Shown: positions 1-9,810 of the stretch, piece by piece | How positions within the stretch are numbered: position 1 is the first letter of the stretch | How the letters are laid out: each line of letters begins with the position of its first letter | Origin: Jimgerdemannia flammicorona | Lineage: Eukaryota | NCBI GenBank assembly: GCA_003990765.1 | Contig: RBNJ01000097.1 | Location: forward strand, 1-41,764 | DNA length: 41,764 bases | Reading direction: 5' to 3' | The notes under the pieces: generated by a model | Databases searched by the model: none | Told to the model about the DNA's origin: nothing | What the model saw: only the letters and a program-made list of their open reading frames with translations | Program-made: the position numbers and the translations under genes

Positions 1-192
1 CCCCCTCCAGACTGCTGCACCCCCCCATTCCTTAGTCCACTCCTGTAAATCCACATCTGCATCATACCGAACATCCTGTAACAAGAAGAGGTCTGCATCC
101 AGACCCCGAAGCCAACCAAAGATGTACTTCCTCCTAGCCCCCCCCCGTAACCCATTAATGTTCAATGAGAATATCCTAGTTGTACTGTTCAT
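1..192 (-). CDS. LINE-A ORF2 N-terminus (APE-like endonuclease domain), runs off the window edge
   Basis: Manual translation from the ATG at 192: MNSTTRIFSLNINGLRGGARRKYIFGWLRGLDADLFLLQDVRYDADVDLQEWTKEWGGAAVWRG. The SLNINGL and DLFLLQD motifs are typical of LINE APE endonucleases. Confidence 0.9.
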   Translation of the reverse strand, partial: MNSTTRIFSLNINGLRGGARRKYIFGWLRGLDADLFLLQDVRYDADVDLQEWTKEWGGAAVWRG

Positions 193-223
193 ATTGAATA
201 GATATTGTAGAAGAGACCCCAAC

Positions 224-2138
224 CTATAATTCTATGCTCATCTCATCCCTCACCAAGTCCAAGAGCCGCTCAGCTTCCACTTCCCCCTCCTCAATATCCT
301 GAGCATCCAGTGCCCCCAAGATCTCCTGACACTCCACCCTGTCCACCTCCTCCATATCCGCCCTGTAATCTAAGCATACTGCGTGCCACTTCTCCAGTCC
401 CTTCCTTGAGTTCCACAAGACAAGTGCCCTCTCACTCACAATCTGTCTCAGCTCCTCCTCATGCTGATCATCAACCTGATATTCAACCGACTCCAAGAGG
501 ACCGCCAGGATCTCGTTCCTCATCTTCCTCGGCACCTCTTCCCCATGTAGAATCTCCTCCCAATGCCTCTCCTCCATCACCCTGAAGTCCTCACCCCCCA
601 GCTCTTCAGCCGCTACCCCTTCCAGGGTCTTCCACATCCACTTCTCCTCATCGACCGCCTCCGCCACCCCCTGAGCAATTTGTGCCCCATCAACCTCGGG
701 GTCTACCAGCGTTCCTCCTTACTGACTCATCCCACTCCTCATCCAGCACATCCATCAGCTCCTCCTCGCCTCCCGCCCCATTTGGCACACTATACTGAGG
801 GCACCCACCATCCCCCATTTCGGCATCCACCTCCAAGTTAACCTCCCTCTCCTCCCTGCCTCCAATTGGAGCCCCGCCCTGGGCCATCTCTCCTCCTTCC
901 GCCCAGGCACTCTCCTGCAACCCCGCAGCCCCCTCCCTGGAGCTTCCACCAGCCCTACCCCCGTCCAACTTTGCCAACAACTCCTTCTGAATCCTCCTCC
1001 CCTGCATCTTCTCCCAGGCCCCCTTCTCCATCTGAACCCTCTTCCCATCCACCTCTCCCACTACCTTCCTGGCCTCAAACTCCTCCCAGGCTAATCTCCT
1101 CCTCGCAACAGCCCCTTCCAGGTCCTCCGGAGCCTCCAGCAGGTCCTCCTCCTCCTCCTGAGTCCCCTTCACCCTAGTGACCTTACACTCTACCTGTCCC
1201 CACCTCAGCGCCGCTGGCCAGTCTCTTGACTTCTCCATATTCTCCTTTCCAGGAAGTCTCACCCTGACATCGACGTCGCCAGTTCTAAGCTCCATGCCCT
1301 CCCAGACCTTGAACCCCACGTCCACAATCTCGCCATACTCCTTTATCGCCTCTACAACCAACTCCCTGGTCCTTTCCTTCGACACCATAGGGAGGTCCAA
1401 CACTGTCAACTGCACTACCTGGGGGTCCCAGCGCATACACCAAGCCATAGGGACCACAACCCCACCAACCATCACCCCCTTCTCCATGGCTGTCAACAAG
1501 GCATCTTCCTCCTCGAACCCCACCTCAACCCCTTCCTTTTCCCTCAGGAACTTCACCGATGCTGCTCCCTTGGCCTCCTGTGCCACCAGCCCCAAAATCA
1601 TCCTCGCCATCACAGCCAAGCCCCAAAAGCACATCATGACTGCGAATTCAGACCTCGACTTCTTGAGTAACGGGGCCGACACCATGCCCGTCACCCCATC
1701 TGCCAGGTCCCTGGGCCTCATGCCCACTCCAAGTCCCGAATTGCCAACTGCCATCACATCTGGATTTTTCGCCAGATCCCCAGTCACAGCCCCATCAACC
1801 GTCACATCTCCAGCCCTTACTCTGGCCTCTCCCCTACCACCAGAAGTACCCTGGGGTGCACCTCCCTGACCCCCGGCAGTAGCCATCGATGCCTTCCCCA
1901 GGCCCAGCCAACTATCCAGCCCAGAAGCCATCTTCCCCATCCTGATCTTGTCAGCAAAGGTCGACCTCTCCCCTCCTCTCTGCCTCAGGCCTCCCCTCCC
2001 TCCACCGCTGGGGCCCCGGCTAGCCATCAAGGCCCCTGGCATCCCCAAACCATCTCCCCTCCTCCCCACCTGCTGCCAGCCAAAGGCGCCGCCACCCCCC
2101 TGGCCAGTATGCTCATCAGATCGATCATTGCCGTCCAT
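224..2138 (-). pseudogene. LINE-A ORF1 (~638 aa, RRM-like nucleic-acid-binding protein) broken by a 2-nt deletion near 707
   Basis: ORFs 690..2138 and 224..667 join if two bases are restored: copy A reads GCT G GTA GAC where copy B reads GCT TTG GTG GAC. The segment VQLTVLDLP...AIKEYGEIVDV resembles LINE ORF1 RRM regions. It lies 31 bp upstream of ORF2. Confidence 0.85.
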
Positions 2139-2220
2139 GTTGTTAGTCGTCGGACACCAAAAACGTTGAAGAAAGTGTTGTCTGAGTCTTGTGTAACCTG
2201 AATGTTACTGGAGAAAGATG

Positions 2221-2295
2221 GACTGCCCTTAGATCCCCCTCTCCACTCTCTATCTCTCTTTGCTAAAGGACAACCTAACCACCCACTACCTGAAC
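2221..2295 (-). mobile_element. Stub of the LINE-B 3' region, separated from the rest of LINE-B by Gypsy-1
   Basis: Removing Gypsy-1 at its TSD joins this pyrimidine-rich stretch to 16824 onward. The joined sequence loosely resembles the reverse complement of the LINE-C 3' region (~41540-41640). Confidence 0.6.
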
Positions 2296-2561
2296 TATAA
2301 GTGCACAATCTCCAAGGTACTGAAATCACATGCAATATCTGAACAAATCTGGAAATCACCTGTACAATCATGAAGCTGAGTCAAACCAAAGTCACAGCAC
2401 ACAAAGCTGAGTCAATACAAAGTCAGGAAATACATGATTTATACAAACAGAATCTTACCAATTAGGATCAAATATATATATACCAAGCACCAAGACATGT
2501 TGAAATACAGAACTATAACAAATCAAACAAACAACCTAAACTCCTAAACATATACACAAAC

Positions 2562-3652
2562 ATGACCACTGAGATCTACAACCACATCTGTACTGATATT
2601 TGGAATACCATTATCAACTAAGCCACACCCCCTCTGCCTCTTATGAATATCCATAGCCTAGTACCCCTCTACTTTGTGGAAGCTTGATGGAATGCCCTGA
2701 ACATGCTTAGTGAGGCCCACCAAATCAGACAAATCTCAAGCTACTACCAGATCAGCAGCCTCCTGGAAGACATGGTTGAATACTACTATGATATAGATAT
2801 TACCCAGATGTCTCAACACTAGAAGCTCATCACCTGCAAACACTGAGAACTCTTTTATAAGTATAGCACTATTATTCCCTACCTTCAAGTTACTACCAGT
2901 AAAATGATTGCCACTCTGTTCTATAGCCAAATTGATGATGTGATACAAGAACTCAACCACAAGTATATAGAGTATGTTCAGACCACAGATAGAACCTTTT
3001 CACCCCCTGATAACTATATCCTGCAAATGCCCAAAGTAGGATATATCATAAAGGATGTCTATAATATAATCTGATTCAACAATAATAAAGCAGAAGACAA
3101 TGATCCCTCTAATGCTGATATGACCTTGAGTCAAGAATCCCTATCAATTCTGATCACTCTGCCAATACTACTAATGAACTTACAATAGTTCATAACCACC
3201 TATGAGACTTATTGGAATAATGACTACTGGCATGAATACTAATCTGTATTCACCTCTAATTATTTTAACTATAATGAAGAGATAGGAGAATACAACCTAT
3301 ATCTCCAAACAACCCTAAAGATTGAATCAACCACTCCACCACCTGAGTATGAGCAACATGAACCACAACCACCAGCTTACTATAACCCATGACTCATAGT
3401 ACTGTAACTTATATATAGATGATATGCAGACAGCAAATCTGATGAAAGTGAAGATGATACACCCCTCCTTTACCCACCAACTCTATACCCAGCATATGAG
3501 ACAGATGATACTATTCTGTGAGATGGTGATGAAGTCTCAATATATTATTACCTCAGTGAACAGGGAGAATTAATCTGTTCCTAGATGACTACTTTATCAG
3601 AGATGATATTATTGATAGTGATGTCATCAAAGACTACCCAGACAGTGTCTAA
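2562..3652 (+). pseudogene. LTR (U3)-encoded protein of unknown function, 5' LTR copy
   Basis: ATG in an A-rich context (ACAAACATG). Reads MTTEIYNHICTDIWNTIIN*ATPPLPLMNIHSLVPLYFVEA*WNALN...TTPPPEYEQHEPQPPAYY...DYPDSV*. Stops are attributable to C>T/G>A changes; small indels occur only in the last quarter. Confidence 0.75.
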
Positions 3653-3841
3653 ATCTATAAATAGCTTAACAGTCATAGTATAGTTAGATTAGTCTTATAT
3701 GACATGACTGTAAACTGACTCAGCAGTCAGACAATTCCTTGATATATCAGATCACACTTGTACTACATAACTACATTCTCACTCAGCAAGACACTAAGTG
3801 CTATATCCATATTCAGTATAGTTCAGATAGCCCCTCACTAG

Positions 3842-3972
3842 TATAAATACCTCCTCTCCCAGACCTCAGAATCTCAGACTTGAACAATCTGAACACAACT
3901 TCTGAACACTTTCCCATAATATCTCTTTATACAACTACTCCTAATATAGCAATATTATAAATAGCAAATAAA
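3842..3972 (+). promoter_or_regulatory. Gypsy-1 LTR TATA box (3842-3847) and poly(A) signal (3967-3972), placing the U3/R/U5 boundaries
   Basis: TATAAA followed about 125 bp later by AATAAA; both conserved in the 3' LTR (~16333 and ~16455). Confidence 0.65.
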
Positions 3973-4322
3973 CCTATTTAATAATCCACAAACCACTTTT
4001 AAGTAAATCTGCTCCCCATTAGGTTCCACTTCTAACCCTGTTACAAAATTTCCTAATTGGGTATTGTCTGCAGCAATATGCTGATTCAACTAAGCTGGTC
4101 TTAGTTTCTTGAACTTTCTAAAATATGGAAAATTCTGAACATCCAGAACTAGTCCAAATAAGGACTTTGATTGAGATGTTAACCCAATCTTGAAATCAAT
4201 AAGCATAGAGGACATACTCTATATGAAATTGATCTTGACCTTAAGAAAATGGTCATCCAGAATATCTCAAACTTCCAGAAAGCCACATAATAGTTATCCT
4301 AACAAGTAACCCTCTTACAACT

Positions 4323-4334
4323 TGGTAGCAGCAG
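4323..4334 (+). promoter_or_regulatory. Primer-binding site, probably tRNA-iMet
   Basis: TGGTAGCAGCAG, 3 nt after the LTR end. TGGTA implies a tRNA with U72-A73-CCA, consistent with the A1:U72 pair of initiator tRNA. Confidence 0.7.
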
Positions 4335-5285
4335 TTTACAATCCAATCTTACTTCAAGATGCTTTCTTACCCTACTATAAACCTTTCTGAGAATTCCTAT
4401 AAGTTGGTATAAAGCCCAACCTCTGAACTGGAATCTATCCCAAACTATCTGAAAATCTGGAGAGAATTGAACCTAATGTACAAGGACAATTTGACTTCCA
4501 TATCTGCAACAAGTGGGACAAACTTCATTCAAAGAAAGAAGTACTCTAGTTAAATCAGCAAATAGGTAAAACTCTATATACTGATCTCCTTACTCTACAC
4601 TCAGCAAGTCAAGATGAAGAGAGTCTTATAGAAATCTTCTTTATTCTTCTCAACAAGAGTTTTGTCAGCTCTACAAATCCAAGTGACCTAGGACAACTAG
4701 CAGCAGTCTTTCTAGCCATAGTTCCTCACAAAGCCCAAGTCTCTGTAGCCAAGTAGCTCAACTCTACTAATTTTCACCACACCAGGACTAAGACCACATT
4801 ATACTACTGCTTTCAGAATAGCAAGGCCTGCCATATTCTTAAGGAAGAAGCAAGAGAAACTCTCCATCAACAGCCCAACCCTGAACCTGAAGCAGGCCTA
4901 GCTATAGCCCTACCTGAACCTGAAACTAATACTGAACCAGAACTTGACTTTGAATTAAGTCCTTCTGAAATCAGATATATAACTGATTCTATCTACTTTG
5001 ATACTGAGCAAACCCAACTATATGGGGGCCAAACTGAAGAGGAGAAGGAGTATCTCAGTAAATTCCATCCTAGATACACTACCAAAGGAGATGTACCTCC
5101 ATCAGGACAGAACACACCTATATAGCAACAGACAGCTAGATATTGAGCCCTTACTCCAGACCCACAACTACTACTCCAGCAACTTACACAGACTTAAAGA
5201 ATACCCTTACACTCTATATTAGTATCTCAAGTATGTAGTACCAGTAATACCACTAGCAATAGTCCAACTACCTCCAGTAAACAAC

Positions 5286-6271
5286 ATGGCAAACCAACAG
5301 ATTCTAGATCTTATAGCCCAGGTAGCCATAATGGTAGCAACCATTACTGCTTTAGCTGAACAGATCTGACCAACCAAAAATCTGAGCCTATCTACCTTCA
5401 ATGGTACTATACAAGAAGTCCAAAGCTTCATTAGTGTAGTTGATACCAACTTCGAAGCCAATCAATGGACAAATGAGCAAGTTACTGACTGCCTTCTGAC
5501 AAACAATCAAGACTACACTCTGGAACAACTCTTTGCTACTACTTCAGCCTATGTCTGATAAGTTGTTATATTCTTCTGAGGATCTGCCAAAGAATAGTGG
5601 TGAACCCTTTCTGAAAAACCTCTCACATGGGACACCTGACCTGCAGTAGTTGCCCAGAATGCAGCAAATAATACCCCAGGATATGGAGCCCATCCTGCAG
5701 CCCCTAGACTCAAACAACTCATGATTGCTCAATACCATAGCGAAATCATGATCACTGAATCTCAAGTTAAATCTGCAATCTCAAATTTGATGTACATGGT
5801 AAGGAGTAATTCAAAACCTTCTGTACAAAACTTGAGTCACTCCTGAACACTGTTGGTCTAAAGTATATTGCCAATGATGAAGCATGAAATAGTACAAGAG
5901 CAGATCATTTATTTGATATACTGCCTGAATGGCTTACTAGAAAAATCTGAGAGCAAGGCTGCCTAGTTGGTTGTGATCACCAACAATAGTACTTGGTAAG
6001 AATTAAGACTATGGTCAAGCAAATCCTAACAGCTGGACCAATTCTGCCCTGAAGACAATTCAACAACAAGGAAAAAACTTGGACTAAGAAAGAAGAACCC
6101 AAGCATGAAGCATCTCAAGCTCCCTCCACATCTACCTCATGGATACCCAGAAATCATGAATCTACCCAGCCAAGTATCTTCAAGAAACTCACCAAAGGAG
6201 AAAGAAATAAACTTCAAAGAAGTGGAGTATACTTTTATTGCCAAAAGACAGGACACATGGCCAGTGTCTGC
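5286..6271 (+). pseudogene. gag: Gypsy-1 gag (capsid and CCHC zinc knuckle), degenerate
   Basis: MANQQILDLIAQV...LSTFNGTIQEVQSFISVV is a Gypsy capsid-like start. YFYCQKTGHMASVC at 6230-6271 fits CX2CX4HX4C with the first Cys changed TGC>TAC. Confidence 0.8.
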
Positions 6272-6349
6272 CCTAATCAAAAACCCCAAATAGCAACATG
6301 GACTACTGTTACTACTCTGTACCACCTCAACAACCTGACTACCAGAACA

Positions 6350-6757
6350 CTGGACTTTATTAAGTTCAGGCAAACTGCCAAGGTCCCAACTAAAGGAAGT
6401 CAAAAGGCAGCTGGATATGATCTGTATGCAGCCAAAGAAGCTACAGTCTCCAACTGAGAAGTCAAGCAAGTCTATATGGGAATCAGCATCCAAATCTCTG
6501 AAGGATATGTTGGAAGAATATACTGTTACAGCAGCCTAGCATTGAGAGGACTCTCAGTAGAAGAAGAAGTCATTGATGAAGATTATATAGGCAAAATTAT
6601 TGTTCTCATCTGAAATCACAGTTGGACATCATTCAAGATCCCTATTGGTTTCTGTATTGCACAGATTCTATTTGAGAAAATTGAGTCAACTCTAATAGTC
6701 AAGGAAGTCCCTGAACTACTACTCACCATTTGAGGATCCAGAGGATTTGGCTCATTG
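6350..6757 (+). pseudogene. dut: dUTPase domain of Gypsy-1, between the zinc knuckle and the protease
   Basis: All five trimeric dUTPase motifs are in one frame: AAGYDL, C(Y)SSLA (RSGLA), EVIDEDYIG (GVIDxDYxG), CIAQI (RIAQL), *GSRGFGS (RGxxGFGS). Confidence 0.92.
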
Positions 6758-6976
6758 AACAAGGCCCCAGTCCAACCTATCATGAACAAAGAAGAACAAT
6801 TCTATAAGAAAATTGAAGATAGATATATACCTGGTGGCTGATGCCCCCATAGCATTAGAATGTACTCTTCTTGAATAATTGTCAATTGCTTCTCATATAT
6901 CAATGAACTGACTCAAAGAAGAACTAATAGAAGGAAAGCTCCTATAGCTGAAATCACTACCATTGGATCAGACAAA

Positions 6977-7193
6977 CTGCTTACACTTCAAGCTTTTGTC
7001 AACTGAGCACCTGTCAAGATTATGATAGACAGCAGTATCTCAGGCATCTTCATCAATGAAGAAACAGCCAACAGACTCAAGGTCCTGACCTCCTCAGTAT
7101 AATAAACTCAAGCAGTTGCTATAGTTGATGGAACCTCTCATATCATTAGCAAGGAAGTCCACAATCTGCTCTTCAAAATTGGTGACTACTGAG

Positions 7194-7252
<59 letters not shown>

Positions 7253-9810
7253 GTCACTTGGACTCTTTCTTAATTACACCCATCTATCCTATATAAGTAC
7301 AGTGAACCCATCCCCTATCCAAACCCCCTAGGGGGGCCCCTCTCCCCTACCCCTTCTTGACAAAACACCACTCTATCAAATATAATCCCCATCCTCCCAC
7401 CACTCTGTTCACATATCCTTGCCACCAAACCTTGCTGCCACCCCCCTGAAGGACCCCAACCTGTCCACCATCCAGTCATCAGATCCCCCAACAGCTCCTC
7501 CCACCTTAAAACCTTCTTCTGTAGTCTCATCTACTGCCCCTCCTCAAACATAAATAGCCAATGTCCCGCCAATCCCACCCAAACTTCTAATACCCACCTG
7601 ACAGTGAGCCAACTATCCCCCACCCCCCCCACCAGCCGAGATCTCAAGTCCTCCCAGCGATCCCCTTCACCCACTGGCCTGCACTCCACACCCAGTCTAT
7701 TCTCTATTTCAACCCAAAAGTCCACCAAAACCTCACACACTTCCAGCCAATGTTCTGGTGTCTGCACCAAACCCCCAGCTTGCCCTACATTGTAACACTC
7801 CTCTCAATCAAAACAGCCACCATCCACCAGATGCCTAGTGCAGAAATTCAGCATAACATTCCTCCACAGCATTCGCCACCACACCACCCAGAACTTGGGG
7901 GGAAGCCACTGCCAAACCTCAGCACTCCAAGACCAGATACCTGCCTAGTCCCACTCCTTGCTGATCCCAACTGCCTGCCAACTGCTCAGCCAAAGATCCT
8001 GGCCAAGACCCTGCTGACACTCCACTCCATCCCCAATATCAAAAGCAGTAAGTAGAGCACCCCCCAGGAGTAGTCTATCCCATTGCTACATATGAGGACC
8101 CCACAACACCTCCCCCTCATTGCCTTGCAATTCTGTGTACTCCATTGATCACTCCCTACCAAAAGCCCTTAAATCACAGCCACCAAGTTCCATTGAGCCC
8201 TTCCAAAGAGAGTAGATCTCCTGAGGACCCTCAGGGGGAGGTTCTCATCTCCCACACCTTCTGCATCAGAAGTACCCAACCCCCTCCCTGTAGTTCAGCC
8301 GCTCTCTTCAATCACCAGGCTTACAAGCAGTGTAACCTCTTAGGGAAATCCACAAGACCAAGACCTCCCCTGTCCACTGGTGTCGCAAGAGTATCCCAAC
8401 TGATCTGGGACCTCCTCCCTGCCCAAATCCAATCCCTAGCCACCTTTGTCAGCCTCTTCACCACCCAAGCTGGGAAGTCTAGGTGGTATACCACATACCA
8501 CAGCTTGGGGAATCAGTATATATTCAGAATTGATACCTGCCCTGCTAGAGAGATATGGCAGCCTCCCCAACCTCGAAGGGCCTCCCCCCAAATAGCCACC
8601 CTGCTCTCCCACCACACTCATGGCAAGACAGAACCATACATAGAGAGGAAGATGTCCAGATACCATACCACTTCACCAGTAGGGACAATTGTTCCAATGA
8701 TGTCCCCACCCACCAGCCCATTCCCTAGCACCATAGTCTCACACTTATGCCAGTTGAGCTTTGCCCCAGAGTGATCCTCATACCATTCCACCATCTCCTT
8801 AAGTGCCTCGACATCTGCCACAGACCCAAGGCCAACCACCATATCATCTGCAAAGGCTCCCACCTTCCACACTATGCCAAAGATAGAGAGCCCCACCACC
8901 TTCTGGTGAATCCTATCCATTAATGATTCCAATGAGAGAGCATAAAGAATAGGGGACAAGGGGTCCCCCTGAGGAACCCCTCTTCTCAAGGTAAATACCA
9001 GACCATGGTGATCATTACACATCAGTACCGCCCAACTGCCCTTGAGCAGATTCACCATAGAAGCCTGAAATCCTGGAGGAACACCAATATGATCCAACAC
9101 CTTGCCCAGCCAAACCCGCCAGACCTGGTCATAGGCCTTCTTCTGGTCCAAAAAGACCAACCTTCCATCCAGGCCACAAGCCTGGGCCCCTTCAATGACA
9201 CCATGCACCCAAGCAGTCCCATCTCTTATAAGTCTGCCTCCAACAAAGCCCCACTGCTCCTCCCCCAGCACATGTTGGGCAACCTTCTACAGCCTTGCAA
9301 AAACCACCTTAGTCACCATCTTCCTGTCTATGTCCAAAAGCATGATTGGTCACCAGTTCTTCTAGTCTTCTCTCCTCCCCTTGTCTTTGTACAATAAAGC
9401 CACCAGCCCAAGGTCCTGCTCTCCAACCCACTCACCACTCTGAAGAACATGATCACAGAGAGCAGCCATCTCCCCCAAAATGCTGGAGACCTTGACTATC
9501 TTCTTCCAGAAGTCCCACAGTAGTCCATCCTCCCCTGGTGCTGTTCCAGTTTTAGTTGCCACAAGGACACTCTGGACCTCCTCACCTCACACTGGCAAGG
9601 CCAAGTCATCCAGTCCAACCACTTGCAGCAGCCTCCATTCTCCTAATGCATCTTCAATAGCTACCTCCTCAGCACCCCCATTGACTACTGAGTACATGTT
9701 ACTCTCCAGATCATACCATTCCCTAATAATGAAATTATCCTTAGAACCCCATAGTTAAAACAAGAGAACCCTGTGATCGATTGGGTAAACCATTTTCTGA
9801 CCATCAAGAA
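6977..9810 (+). pseudogene. Gypsy-1 aspartic protease, split by LINE-E (coding parts ~6977-7195 and 9695-9810)
   Basis: KIMIDSSISGIFI (decayed DSGA motif) before the insertion; EIILRTP*LKQENPVIDW (ILGxPWL...P.IDW motif) after it. Confidence 0.85.
7196..9681 (-). mobile_element. LINE-E: 5'-truncated L1/Tx1-type copy (RT and C-terminal part of ORF2) inserted in the Gypsy-1 protease
   Basis: Poly(T) at 7208-7249 preceded by (TA)n; exact 13-bp TSD TGACTACTGAGTA (7183-7195 / 9682-9694); RT motifs TAPGEDGL, LVFLDQKKAYD, RGVPQGDPLSP, AFADD, SGAKLN; C-terminal QTPEHWLEVC. Confidence 0.95.

Larger units (their letters stand above)
1..2220 (-). mobile_element. LINE-A: 5' part of an L1/Tx1-type non-LTR retrotransposon; the rest lies beyond the left edge; youngest copy
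   Basis: Contains ORF1 and the start of an APE-type ORF2. The 5' leader CATCTTTCTCCAGTAACATTCAGGTTACACAAGACTCAG is shared with the 5' ends of copies B (~22420) and C (~35656). It still retains many CpG dinucleotides, unlike neighbouring elements. Confidence 0.9.
2296..4319 (+). repeat. Gypsy-1 5' LTR (2024 bp)
   Basis: Direct repeat of 14749-16818. Starts TATAAG (TGTAAG in the 3' copy) and ends CTCTTACA directly before the PBS. TATAAA at 3842, AATAAA at 3967. Confidence 0.95.

Noticed and set aside
310-2169. Pro/Ser-rich + strand ORFs here, and similar ones opposite the other LINE copies
   Set aside because: Antisense shadows of the purine-rich LINE coding strand; no independent motifs.
6350-6757. 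dUTPase as a host or phage gene
   Set aside because: Both dUTPases are embedded in Gypsy polyprotein regions between paired LTRs, lack introns and share the same decay pattern.
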